NCBI GenBank assembly: GCA_001179505.1
Contig: CDMY01000277.1
Span: 75,707-139,706 of the forward strand
Source of the DNA: Vitrella brassicaformis CCMP3155
Taxonomy: Eukaryota; Protista; Chromerida
Reading direction: 5' to 3'
DNA: 64,000 bases
The notes beneath the pieces were generated by a model, which saw only the letters and a list, made by a program, of their open reading frames with translations, made no database searches and was not told the origin of the DNA. Positions 31,039 through 44,200 of this stretch are shown one piece after another (within the stretch, counting starts at the first letter, position 1; each line of letters opens with the position of its first letter). A program made the translations under genes and the position numbers.

Positions 31039-33119
31039 GCTGGCACTCACATACAGGCATCACCCATGAGAGAGTAGGGCGGTAGGTGGGTTTGATTGAT
31101 AAGTTAGTCGGCTCAAAGAAGAGCGACTGACTGGTCGGCCCGCCGTGCGCACACAAATACAGTGAGTGACTAATTGATGCTGTGTGTGTGGGGATGTGTT
31201 GGGTTTATAATGATTCACGAGCGTGTATGTGTACGCGGGATAGGATGGCTTTTTTCGTTTCTTCGTTTGTCTTGATGCTGTGTGTGTGCATGCTGCGGAG
31301 ACTGTCTGCACATGGGCGAGTGGGCAAGAGCCTGTCGATGTGGGTCATCGGCAGCATGCATGCATATCGGATGTGTCGATCTGCGCTGAGTCATATTGAC
31401 TGTCTCGTGTTGTCATGGTGGCATAGCCGGGAGGGAGAGAGTGTATGGCTATCTATTACCTTTCACACAGCAATTGTTTTTACCACGGCCACTCATTCAC
31501 TCATTCACTCATTCAGCTGGCATGGCATGGTGGTGCTGGTGACGGGACGTTTGGGTGGCAATGTTTCAGTCTACTTGAGAGTGCGTGCAATTCGTTCGAG
31601 TGCTGCCGCGCCAAAATGATGCGCCCCCACTTGTGGATGTACGCACTTTCGATGCGTGGATGTCTTGTCTGCATCCATGAGGGACGGTAGTGAGGGCGCT
31701 GTTTCTGCCGCCCGACCACGCGCGTGTCTGGCTTTGTTTCCTTTGCCTTGGGTGTTTCCGTGCATCCATGTATACATTCTTCTAACCTTCATTCGTCGGG
31801 TGTGCCTGTGGCTTAAGCTGGGATTGGCTGAGTGGCAAGAGCATTTTTTGTCCCTGTCGAGGTGTTGTGTGGCACACGCTGCTGTGCTCTTTTTCGTCGC
31901 TGATGTGATATGGTTGCTGTGCTCTTTTTCGTCTGTGCGGTGGCGTTGCTTCTGTCACCTCTCGATGCCTTCATTCTGGTCCTCCCCTACGCTGATGGGG
32001 GAGAGGGTGCCTTTGATGTGACTCGAGTACCGTGTCATGTGGATGCAATTAATGGCATTGAGGGTACTGATGGGTGTTGTTGTCCTGCTTGTTGTGCTCT
32101 CACATGTCGGCCCGCTGTCTGATCTGTATTTGTGTGTCTAGCTGAGAGCCTGTTTTTCGTCGCCCGCCCGACTAGTAAGCTACTAACTGTCTTGTATATT
32201 CATGAAGCAGGTCGTAGGGATCGATAGTGACTCGCCCGTGTGCTGTGTATGGAAAATGGTGCTTAGTGTGGCTGGTGTGGCTGGTGTGGCTGTCGGCAAC
32301 ACAGTGAGGCTCGCTGGCTGATCGCCTGAATGTTTGTGGGACTTTCGCGGGACCCAAACCAAGAGACACAGTGGCCAAGAGACACAGTGATTAGACAGTG
32401 AGACGTGAGACCAGTGATATATACATATCGTGAAAGGGCTTGAATGTGTGGCGCGAGAGCCGGCAGTGTTGAAAGAAGCAAAGCGCAAACGGAGCAAAGG
32501 CTGAGGATCGACGTCTGTCTTCCGCCCATTAAGCTTATTTCAGATTCACGCCTTCCTCTCTGCTTCATCACAAGTTTGCCTGGCTGAGTGGATCAGCCAC
32601 AGGAGACAACATACACGCAGCCCGGTGGGACACACAGGAATTTTGCCTGATGACTGAAGGACTGACTGATTGACTGACTGACTACTTCTCGGCCCCGTCT
32701 CTGCTGGGCACTCGGGCACTTGCACACCGGGTGGGGCGGGTTGCCTTCTGTCCTGTCGTCTGCTGCCCTTAAACCAATGTGACTTTCGTGAACAGCGAAG
32801 CCGTTGCCTTTGTTGGGTGGTGTCTGCGTCATGTGAGACACTCATCCGATGACGCAGTTGTTCTCTCTCCTCTACAAGAAAGGGGCATACTACAGAAACC
32901 GGGTGGGTGTGTATACATCAAATTGAGCGATTCTGTAGTATGTCTGTACATGACCTCGCTGTCGAAAAGCAGTTATTATAACTCGAGATTCACAAGGTGA
33001 GGAGACATGTCTCTCGCTTCCTCACAGAATGTGTAGACGGATCTTTGAGAAAACTTCTCGGTGTCGCTGCAGGCCTTGACGCGTGTTTGTTTGCTTGTTT
33101 GTGTGGAGACGGATGGCTC

Positions 33120-34278
33120 AGTAGATGGGCAGGTGCGTACGTGTGCATGCAGATGAAGCTGGCCGCCCAGCTGTAGCGCAGCGTGCTGGCCATCTGTCTG
33201 CTGAGCGTTTTGTGGCGTGTTTTGGTTTGTCAAACGGACGAACGAGCACCGGACAGTCTACCTGTGCAGTGGTTGCTCCATGTGTGTGTTGTTCAACTCA
33301 TTGCTAAGAACGTTCTTCCGGACATCGACGCAATGAAACACCCATCGTCACGTGCGTTCCTCTCACACCTGCCATCCATCCATCTGTTCCATCATGCATG
33401 TCTCTGTGTGTGTGTGTGTGTCTGCCGGCCTGCGGGTACGTCAGCCACTCCCTGTTTAGGAGCCTCGCTGACTGCCCAGCCAGTCGACCGACACCCACAC
33501 GCGACACCCATGCCCACACATGCCATGTACTCGATCCTCTTGCTCTCGCCCATGCCACGCACGTGCCAGCCCACCCGGCCCCCCCAATGTGGTCCCATGC
33601 ATCCGGCCCGGTGCACACGTACGCCAGAATATATAAGACATGCAGACAGAGTCACCCACCCAGCCACCCACCCATCCATCGCATGCAGCAATCGAGTGAT
33701 GACGGATGGATCGCTCGCTGACAGAGTGCACGGATTGATTGCCCCCCCTCCCGTCCCTGGCCAGCCTAGCTGCACGTACATCGTGAGAGATCGGCTTGGA
33801 TTGCAGCGCGCCCCTTTTTCGGCGGCACATGCAAACACCGAAACACAACGCAATACGCACACAGCCGCCTGACTGACTTGACTGATTGACCGCAAGTGAG
33901 TGCCACAGAACGAATAGAGAAAAGCACATGTGTGCCGTGTGTGGACTTGGCAGACAGAGACGAATGCACCAGGAGAAAGACAGCGAGACAAATAACCCTG
34001 TCAAGTCAGAAGACAGATAACTCTGCCAAGTCAGTTCGGCATCATGGAAAAATTAACTGATTGCACCATGTGTGTCGTGATGTGTGTAAGACTTGTGTCT
34101 TGTGGACACCACAGCTTCTCCCTTCCCTCTCTCTCTTGGTGAAAACACCACGGACCAATACACAGCAGAGGGCTCAGCCGCCCCTCCATGTAGGTCAGAT
34201 GATCACACTGATTGTCAGCAAAGCCACACAACACGACGACATGGCATAGTGGGGAACTCAAGGCAGCTGTGTGAATGC
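33120..34278. repeat. Mosaic repeat and paralogous 3' flank
   Basis: 33340-33550 matches 36052-36250 (direct). 33640-34278 matches 61605-61690 plus 61999-62505 (direct, about 28 kb away). Confidence 0.85.
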
Positions 34279-34578
34279 NNNNNNNNNNNNNNNNNNNNNN
34301 NNNNNNNNNNNNNNNNNNNNNNNNNNNNNNNNNNNNNNNNNNNNNNNNNNNNNNNNNNNNNNNNNNNNNNNNNNNNNNNNNNNNNNNNNNNNNNNNNNNN
34401 NNNNNNNNNNNNNNNNNNNNNNNNNNNNNNNNNNNNNNNNNNNNNNNNNNNNNNNNNNNNNNNNNNNNNNNNNNNNNNNNNNNNNNNNNNNNNNNNNNNN
34501 NNNNNNNNNNNNNNNNNNNNNNNNNNNNNNNNNNNNNNNNNNNNNNNNNNNNNNNNNNNNNNNNNNNNNNNNNNNNNN
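34279..34578. other. Assembly gap (300 N)
   Basis: Run of N. Confidence 1.
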
Positions 34579-34600
34579 TGTGTCTGTGGTCAGTGCTTAC

Positions 34601-34835
34601 ATTTGCCGTGTTCGTCGTCGTCATCTTTCTTGCAGTAGCAATGGTGGTTGTACTTACATTTCCGCCCCTCGCTCGTGGCGTCACTCTCATGATGCTCAGT
34701 GGTGTAGTATGTCAGCCCACGCAGGCCACCCTCAGCGTCAGCCTCTTGAGCGTCATCCGCAGACGTCAGGCCGTTGGCTTCCTGCGCGGCAGCCAAGGCA
34801 AGCATGCCCAGAGCGAGGAGCCACAAGGTCTTCAT
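34601..34835 (-). CDS. First exon of a small secreted Cys-rich protein; the remainder falls in the gap
   Basis: MKTLWLLALGMLALAAAQ (signal peptide) ..EGRKCKYNHHCYCKKDDDDEHGK, then a GTAAGC donor. The intron start matches that of the 62.7-63.3 kb gene. Confidence 0.7.
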
Positions 34836-36803
34836 GGCTGATGGGCTGGGGGACGGCAGAGGGAGGAGGCGCTCGTGCGAGAGTCGCAGATGGGAGGAGA
34901 AGCGGTACGAATTTTCGGGGGAAAGGGAAGGAAAGGAAGAGAGGGTACAGCAAGGGAATGGAAGGAAGGAGTGCTTCGGTTTGTTTGTCTGGGGCTTACA
35001 GCGTACAGTTCGTTAACTTTCATCCGTTAACAACACAGTTAACTTCACCTAGAAAACGCGGCCCAGCTCGCAGCCGTCGCGCTTATGTTTACGTGTACAG
35101 TGTACCGCTGCATGCACTATGGTCTGATATGGTGTGGGACTCATGACCTCTGTGTATGTGGCTCAGTGACGGATATTCTCTTCACTCACATCGGGCCTGT
35201 CATGGGCGCACATGTGAGCATTTTATGGTATCGCCTAAAGCAATCAGTACGTTGACGCAATAACGTATACGTATACGGGGGTGATTGCGTTGACGTTTGA
35301 TTGGTTTATACGCACAAGCGAGTGATTGCTTTATCTTCTGCCTGATTTCTGCGGGGTTTGTCGGTGTGAATGACTCACCCGAGCCACCCTCCATCACATT
35401 GACTCTGCGGGGCCCGCTCAAAACGACTCTGAAGCGACGAAAACAACCATTCATTCACTCACTCATATGGGTGCGAGTGGCTGCAGGCGAGGCTGTTTAG
35501 CCCTGTTGGGTGTCTCCTGAGTGTCTGGTTCACCCTCCACCAGCTACTGATTCAGCCTGAGCTATTTTGCATGAAGATTGGTCGTCAGCTGTGCATCATT
35601 TGGCCACGACGCCACAAAAAGCATGAATAGGCACGAACAGCAAGCTTACATGTAACAGGAAGCAAATCACATAAATCATGCCGCCCCGCCGCCTGCAGCA
35701 TGCATCACACGAAATGGTCATCAAATTGCTTGTGCGGTGGCTGGCTGGCTGGCTGGCTGCCTGGATGGATGGATGGGTGGGCGTGTTGTGATGCATGGAA
35801 TGACTGAGGAGGAAAGAAGGCCGAACACATCAGGGCTGCACAAACGTGTGTTCGGCTGGATGAATGCCGCAAGATGCCTCACGTTGACCACCCTCTTGTT
35901 TGTCACAAATGGGTTTTCGTGCCGCTCTTCCGTTTACATTGTGGCCCAGCATGCCAAGAAACTCGCCGTGCAAATCCGAATGGTTCATCTCAGAACATGA
36001 CAATCAAAATGTCTGTTTCGGGTCTCTTTGGGAGGTGACCCGGTTATCCGACCCATCGTCACGTGCGTCCCTCTCGCACCTGCCATCCATCCATCTGTTC
36101 GTCTCTGTGTGCGTGTGTGTGTCTGCCGGCCTGCGGGTACGTCAGCCACTCCCTGTTTAGGAGCCTCGCTGACTGCCCAGCCAGTCGACCGACACCCACA
36201 CGCGACACCCACCAATGCCCACACATGCCATGTACTCGATCCTCTTCCTCTCGCCCATCCCACCCCCCCGGGTGTGTCATCCGGACGTCATGCAGCAGAC
36301 AAATACCATTCACGAACGATGCGGAAAGCCGTTCACACGTCCGGCCAAAAACAAATGCCGTGTGTGAGTGGATGAATGGATGGCTCAATCAGCCAGACAA
36401 AGAAAGAAAGTATGCAACAGCCATGCATGCGAAGCGAACTACCTCTCTCCCGTCTCTCTTCGTCCCGTCTGCATCCCAGTCAGCTATGCAACCGGCAAAC
36501 CAGCCAGCCACCAGTCTGCCAACCAACCACTACCCTTGATGCACATATCCCACTCACCATGCAACCAACGCATTTGTGTGTGGACGCCATACATGCTCCG
36601 CATGTCCGTCGGGAAAGCCCTTGCCCACCCGACCATGCAGTTCTAAGCGCACACCACCACACAGCACACGAACATTCGCCCATGGATCACTCACTCCCGC
36701 GTGCACAAACAAGCTCATGAATTGTGAATTGATGCACCCAACCCGCACTCAACTCAACTCAGCATAAGACAAGCATGCACCTCTACGTGCACCTGTCGGC
36801 TAC

Positions 36804-38080
36804 TCAGCGGAGGGAGCGCTGGGCTTTGAGGTCCGCGATCTCCGTCGCCTGCATGCGGACGGTCTTGGCCAGCGCTTCGATGGCTTCGGCCTGGTTGTCG
36901 CTGCGCGTCTGTAGCTGCTGGGCCACTATAATTGTCTGCCACGTACACACAAGCGAACACACAACACACAGCAAAGGAGGGACGCGGATACACACATACA
37001 TGTGAAGCCTCGATTGACACGTGTGTGCTATTCACCTTGTAGAGGAGAGCGTATTGGTTCACATGGATGCTCTCTTCGGGCTCCGGGGTGCCCACGAGGT
37101 GTGCTCGATTAGTCATCACCGCGTCAGGGAAGATCGCCTGTGTGGATGGGATGGCCAAAACACAGACATATCAACGGACAGAGCCGAGTGAAGAGTAACG
37201 GTGGTCTCGGGCTGCCCCATCGCACCCACCTTAAGCTCCTCGCCAATCACGCCAGTGATTGGGGTCTCCGCCTCCGCCTCCGCCTGAAGCCCACGTCCGG
37301 CCACCTTACGCTGTCAGTGTGACAGCACACAAAGGGAGACACCATTCCACCCACCCACCCCCTCCATCGCTGCCTTGGCTTGCTCGCCATGCATGCCGTC
37401 GGTACCTCCGTACCTTGTATGTGTGCATCTTGATGAACCTGAACCGCTCATAGGTGTTGCTCAGCTCCTGCTCGGGCATAATGTCCACTTGGGACAGACT
37501 GCTGCGGCCGACCCTGCTGTTCCCGTCGAGGATCTCCTCGGCCGCGACGCTGGCCAGCATGCTATTCTGTCCGCAGCCCATCGCCCCTGCGCCGACACAC
37601 ACGACACAGAAGACGTGCAAGGCAAAAAGACATTAGAGCTCGTGGTGTCAGCTCATATCCGCCTGCATCCACTACGGCGTGCAGAGACCTACCGGATCCA
37701 TTCTGAACCTCTCCGTTGTCCTCATTTGCAGCCACCAACACTGGTTCAGGTCTGTTTCTTCCCGTACTACTACTAAGGTCACACTGCAAGCGAAACATAC
37801 ACACAGACAGACACAAATCAGACAGACACGTGGTCCAAATGGCCATCCGCATCCCAGCTACCGCGTGACTCAACATTTCCTGAACAAGACACCGCAAACC
37901 ACGTCCTGGGTTGGTTGGGCGTATTCTTTGTTTGGCCGCCTGCCTGACCCTTACCGTCGGCGTAGAGTCCATCAGGAGCTGTTGATCAATTTGATTCATT
38001 GGATTGCAGGCCATCCACATCTTCGCTGATGCTGGCATTGCTGCTGCCAGGGCAGCGAACACGACGAGCAGACGAGTCAT
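36804..38080 (-). CDS. Secreted protein with a C-terminal Peptidase_S74 / intramolecular-chaperone (ICA)-like domain and coiled coil, copy A
   Basis: Signal peptide MTRLLVVFAALAAAMPASA. The spliced C-terminus reads RSSLSQVDIMPEQELSNTYERFRFIKMHTYK|RK..PITGVIGEELK|AIFPDAVMT..ESIHVNQYALLYK|TIIVAQQLQTRSDNQAEAIEAL..IADLKAQ. Confidence 0.6.
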
Positions 38081-38309
38081 GATGCACACACAGCACACAG
38101 ACCTGCGGTTCGGCGGAGAGTGACAGGGGTGAAGTGGCTCTGGATCACGGGATGCTCTGGTTACGGAATCTCGTGAGTACCTGGCGTTAACGATTCAGCC
38201 GTAACGAAATCACACTGCGCGATCCAAGCTCGGGAACTTTGCCGTACCGTAAATCCGGCATCGCGTACGCCATCGCCGCGCCTTTCGATCTGTGTGCTGT
38301 GTGCGTATC

Positions 38310-39645
38310 ATGGGTCGCTTGCTCAGCCTCTTCCTTGTTGCCCTGGCAGCAGTGGCAGCAACGCCAGCATCAGCGTATCCACCGCCGGCGGCCGGCGGGG
38401 GGAGGATGTGGATGGCCTGCAGGCCACCCGATGGAATCGATGAACCGCTCCTAAGGGACGACAAGCCGACGGTAAGGGCAGGCAGGCGCCAAACAACCAA
38501 TACGCCCATCCTGACATATTGACGTGGCTTGCGGTGTCTTGTTCAGGAAATTGCGCTTGACGCGGTAGCTGGGATGAGGATGGGCATTTGACCACGTGTC
38601 TGTCTGATTGTCTGTGTGTCTGTGTGTATGTTTCGCTTACAGTGCCAGATTGCCAGACAGGGCTTGTGGCGGCAGATGAGACCAACGGAAGGGCTACGCG
38701 TTAATACGGTAGGTCTTTGCATGCCGCAGGCGGATATGAGCTCGACACCACGAGCTCTAATGTCTTTGTGTCTTTGTGTCTTTGTGTCTTTGTGTCTTTG
38801 TGTCTGGGTGTCGGTGTGTCGGTGTGTCGGTGTGTCGGTGTGTCGGTGTGTCTGTCTGTCTGTGCAGGGTCGGTTGGCTGCGAAACGGGCATGGTGGTGG
38901 AAAGAGTCTTCACCGACAGAGTCTTCGACCGGGACGGCATGGTCACCCGCAGCAGTCTGTCCCAAGTGGACATCATGCCCGAGCAGGAGCTGAGCAACAC
39001 CTATGAGCGATTCAGGTTCATCAAGATGCACACATACAAGGTACGGAGGTACCGACGGCATGCATGGCGAGCAGGCCAAGGCAGCGATGGAGGGGGTGGG
39101 TGGGATGGAATGATCTCCCTCGGTGTGTGCTGTCACACTGACAGCGTAAGGTGGCCGGACGTGGGCTTCAGGGGGGGGCGGAGACCCCAATCACGGGCGG
39201 CATTGGCGAGGAGCTTAAGGTGGGTGCGATGGGGCAGCCCGAGACCACCGGTACTCTTCACTCGGCTCTGTCCGTTGATGTGTCTGTGTTTTGGCCATCC
39301 CATCCACACAGGCGATCTTCCCTGACGCGGTGATGACTAATCGAGCACACCTCGTGGGCACCCCAGAGCCCGAGGAGAGCATCCATGTGAACCAATACGC
39401 TCTCCTCTACAAGGTGAATAGCACACACGTGTCAATCGAGGCTTCACATGTATGTGTGTAACCGTATCCCTCCTTTGCTGTGTGTTGTGTGTTCGCTTGT
39501 GTGTACGTGGCAGACAATCATAGTGGCCCAGCAGCTGCAGACGCGCAGCGACAACCAGGCCGAGGCCATCGAAGCGCTGACCGAGACCGTCCGCACGCAG
39601 ACAACGGAGATCGCCGCCCTGAAGGGTCAGCGCTCCCTCCGCTAA
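38310..39645 (+). CDS. Inverted paralogue (copy B) of the secreted S74/ICA-like gene; exon 2 frame is questionable
   Basis: Signal peptide MGRLLSLFLVALAAVAATPASA. 38945-39645 is a near-identical reverse complement of 36804-37520. The homologous exon-2 splice sites give a frameshift or a TAA. Only the shifted sites 38657-38699 keep the ORF open. Confidence 0.55.
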
Positions 39646-41209
39646 TTCGTCGGTGGATGCCTCCATCCATGGTTGTCTGGTCGAGTAGCTCGAGGGGGGA
39701 TTCAAAGATGTTGGTTGGTTGATGGGTGGTATTGCCTCAGCGTCGCGTGAGCGTGTAGCATGTGTAGGATGACTTGTCGCGTCATGGGTGGGTTGGGGAT
39801 GCGGTCAATGTGAACATTGAGGGCGTCATTGAGCAGACAGGACGTACATTCACTTCAGGAGGTGTCCATCCGTCCATCCATGAAATGAATGAAATGAAAT
39901 CAGTGCACACCACACCATCATCACGATGCATACGGCCGGTCGGCCTCGGTCGTCCGTGACTTGTACGCCATATATAACAAGGCACAAAAAACATGCACAC
40001 ACCAGCAAGAGGCAGTCGCTCAGTCACACAGGCAGGCAGGTAGGTAGGAAGAGGAGAAGAACCACGTGGCTCATACAGCATCAGCAGCACAGCAACATTG
40101 CAGTGAGTGACAAAGATGCAGCAGGCAGGCAGGCAGGGAAGCCATCAGTCAGCCAGTCAGCCGATCAGTCAGTCAGTCAGTCAGTCGGTCGGTCACATGC
40201 TCAGGCAGGCAAGAACGTTAAGAAAAGGCATCCGATTGACGCCACCACACTACTTGCTTACTGCGTGTGTAGGTGTGAAGGAAGCCCAACGAATTACCTC
40301 CCATGACAGTCAATGTACCAACATCCCATCACCCACCCTCCAAGGGGCACGTGTGCGATAGCACAGCGAAAAACCCTCGCTCCCCTTTGTGTTGCATAAG
40401 ACACGCACATGGATGGATGGCATGTGCAGGCATCATGCTGACTGACATGTAATTATAGGTAGGTTGATGAAGGGATGGATGGATGGATGGATAAACAGAC
40501 AGGTGTATTGTATGGTGCATGGTACGGTGGACAGGGGCAAAATTACAGATCCTTCCCTTCGCGACCGCCTTGGTGTACACGTGAAGGGAACGATCATGGT
40601 ATGGTATGGTATGCATTGCATATACATGATACTCATGTACGTATGTATTATGTATGGGACAGACAGCACAATACATAATGGCACCCATGTATGTATTAAG
40701 GCTCTCTCTTACGTATGTATGGATGTAGGGTAGGGGGGTTATGTACACGTACATGTACAAGTACACACACACAACCGCAAAAAGTGCCTCGGTGCCTGCG
40801 GGCGGGCAGGAGTGTCCTCTCTTGTCGGTCGACAGACAGAAAGACAGATAGACCCCACGCTACAGGTGACGGCCGACAACAACCGCATGGAACATGCAAT
40901 TGATCGGTACCTACAGACGGCCGGCACGAGTAGTGTGACAGAAAAAGTGACACGGAAAGACAGACAGGCAGGCACCGGGGATGGCTCGATTGTCGATCAA
41001 TGGACATGAACACAGTGATGAACGATGAGACCGATAAAGCACCACGCAATACTTACACACACACACACACACACGTACACACAAACATGCAAGCGATACG
41101 CTACACCACAGGCGTGCAACACAGAGATCCATCACACGAACACACTCACTCGTATACACACAGCAAGACATGGACACATGCAGCCACGCATTGCATGCGA
41201 AGAGGCGGG

Positions 41210-44200
41210 CTAGAGCCCCTTTCGGCTCGCCCGGTCCTTCTTGTCGCGGAATACCCTGTACATATCCCGCCACCCACTGCCGGCATTGATCAGGCGGTCC
41301 ACCACGAAGGCCATGCTGGACTGGAAGTCCGTCAAGGGCACCTCCTGGCTGTCGTCGAAACCCGCGGTGTCGTCCTCGCCGCTGCTCAAGATGTCGATCG
41401 ACGACGTTGAGCTGTGATGGAAAGAACCGCCCCTCCGCACTGGAGATGATGTGCCTCCCTGACAAAAACGCATATCAGAGATGCGATGACGAGATGTCTC
41501 TCCGTCTCAATGGTGGCGTGTGAGCGTACCTTGAGCTCTAATGACGGCAGCAGGACCGTCCGTGCGACGCCAGTGGTAGGGTCGTGTATTGACCTCTTCC
41601 GCGCCTTGTAGACCTCGAAGGTGGACCGCCACAGGAACTCGACCACGTCGGTGGGGATGTTCTGCATGCCCAGCTGCTCGATGATCTCCTGCATCGCCTC
41701 ACTCGTCAGCGTCATGATCTCAGAACAGCACATCTTCCGCTGGTCGCTCTCTAACCGCGCTGTCAGAGAGAGGGACAGCGTCGCCGTCACGCGCCTCCAG
41801 AACGTCCGCGCACGTTGCCCTGACGTCGCGTCGGATGACGGGCTGGCGCCCTCGGTTGCCCTCGACTGGCTCGCCTGGCTGGCCTGAGCACCTCGTGACT
41901 GGCTCGATGGGCCGCTCTCAGGTGTGCTGGCTCTTCCGGAGTCGGCTGGGTCAGTCCCTTTGTCGTCGGCTTGCGGGTCTTCTGGCCACCCTTGGTCGCC
42001 CCGCGAGGCCTTGCGTGGTGTAGGGGATTGAACGGGCATGTGTGTAGGGCCGTGAATTGTCGCTGCACGGCGAGATGAGGATGCCGTCGACTGGTCGGCG
42101 GATGGGACAGTCGTCCAGCATTGCCGCAACATGGCCGTATGCTCTCGTTGGGGGACCTTCTGAGCGGTGACGGGCGAGCAAGGCACCGACTCGTCATCGT
42201 CCCTCTCTGAGCGCGTCTCTTGCACCGCCTGTGTGCTGTCTGTGCTCGCCCGCGGGCGGTAGATCCGTGGCGGGGCGCTGCTGATGGTGGCGGGCAGGGG
42301 CAGTGATGCCGCACGCAGCGCCCAAGAGTCGGTTGTAAGTGTCCGCATCCGGCCGTTGGACGGGGGGCCAGACGGTTCCTTGGTTCTCATAATCAGGGTG
42401 AGCTCTCCGCGCTCCGTGCTGAGACGCACCAGTGGCAGCTTGGCTCTCCTCCTGTCGGTCGACGCTGCGATGCCGAAGGCCATCTTGCGAAGGGGGCCCA
42501 GGGCACTGTCGGTGTTGCTCTTCATCAGCAGAATGGACGTCATGAGGACCTCGAGGGAGTGGTGAATGGTGTGGAAGATGAGGGTGATGATGTGGAACGA
42601 GTTCATAATGACGATAAGCGCCGTCACGGCATAGCCCAGCCCTTTCTGGAAGCCGGGGTCGTCCTCAACCAGCGGGTGACCCGATGTGCTCGACAGCAGC
42701 ATCAGACACCACAGAGAGATGTTCCAAATCAGCAACCCTGAACGAATCGATGAATGAACAAACAGACAGATGAGACAGATGCACGCACCCCACTGCCATT
42801 CGTACCTTGCGCCTCCATGCGATTGAGCAGGTCGAACGTTCTCGAGTCGAAAGGCTTGATTTTGAGCTGCAGGAAGAGTGACAGGCCCGCGATCAGCTGC
42901 CAACACACCAGCTGGATCATCCCATTACCCAGAGACGCACCAACCTGCAGACACACAAACGGAGATACGGACCGAGACATACAGGAAGTGACCGACAACC
43001 CCCCCACGTCTCTCTGCTGGCCACATCCCCCGCACCCACCTGAGCTATGACCAGAGTTGCAATGCGTCTCAGGGCGAAAACAGCATCATAGAAGTAGTAG
43101 GACCGACGGTAGCCGTTGTACAAGAAGCCGAACATCCGCCTCGTTTGCCGTTTGTAGAGCCGCCCCGACTGCTTGTACGAGCACAGAATGCTCAGTGCCG
43201 CGATGACCGGGCCGAAGGACCACACGCACAGCCCCACGACGGCGACGATGGTGTAAACGAGATGTTCGCGCTTGTAGCACTCGATTGAGGTGTCGAGCAG
43301 TGAGAGGCGGACGGTTGGATAAGGCTTCTCGAGGAGTTTGCCGGGGGGCTCCCACCAGGGGATGGTGGGGAAGGTGCGGCAAGGGAGGATCTCCAGCAGC
43401 TGACGCGTCACGGCTGAGGACGACAGGTATGGACACAACAATACCACGCGACATCTTCGTCTCGTCTGCTGTCTGTGTGCCCGTCTTACTTGGATGGATG
43501 AATGTGAGGCACACAATCCAGAGCTGAGGGCACAGGAAGTGCCGCCACCATTCTGGTTCGCCCCGCACTTCGCTCTCGAGGCTGTTGGTCGAGCTCGACC
43601 GCCTCGACAGCCCACACCGCCAACTGTGGAATCCCTCTGGTTCTGCCCGTGTGTCCCTCGCTGATGGGTCATCTCTCCGCATGGGACTGCGCGCCTCGTC
43701 CTGTGGTGTCGTCGGTCCACCACGCCAGGGCTTGGAGAAGAGCGATGGCAGGACTTTCCAGAGGCCCCAGCAGAGTGTCGCCACAGCCAGCCAGAGGAGC
43801 GGGAAGGCGATCCATGCGGCCCTCTTGATCAACATGGCCTGCGCCCCAGTCATGTTAAGATCTTCCTTCAGTAGACACTCCCACCTGCGGGTCAGGCAGA
43901 CAGCACATTGATGGGACACAAACGTTCTGCTCATCGGCTGTGTCGGCTCACGTGAAGTCTGCTGTCACCACACCACCTGAATGAGATACACAACAAAGCG
44001 AGAGAACAGCAGATTGCGAAAGCTGCATATGCATCGTGTAGATGTGTGGTGCCTTTTCATACCGTCCCAGCTGAAATACTCTCGCAGGACCTGAACGGCT
44101 TCGGAGGGCAGCATGTGGCCGCCTTGGACACCGAAGCGCGCCAGCGCGCTCACGACGGTGAAATGATTCAGTGCGATCTTGATCAGCATGCTGATCCGGA

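Noticed and set aside
32170-32850. Possible small secreted gene on the minus strand (MGGRQTSILSLCSVCALLL..)
   Set aside because: There are no convincing splice acceptors or frame continuity.
39700-41200. Many overlapping short ORFs in the ORF track (also at 31.1-33.1 kb and 52-54.4 kb)
   Set aside because: They are translations of CA/TG, GGAT and AGAC microsatellites (HTHT, VCVC, SVCL, MDGW), not proteins.
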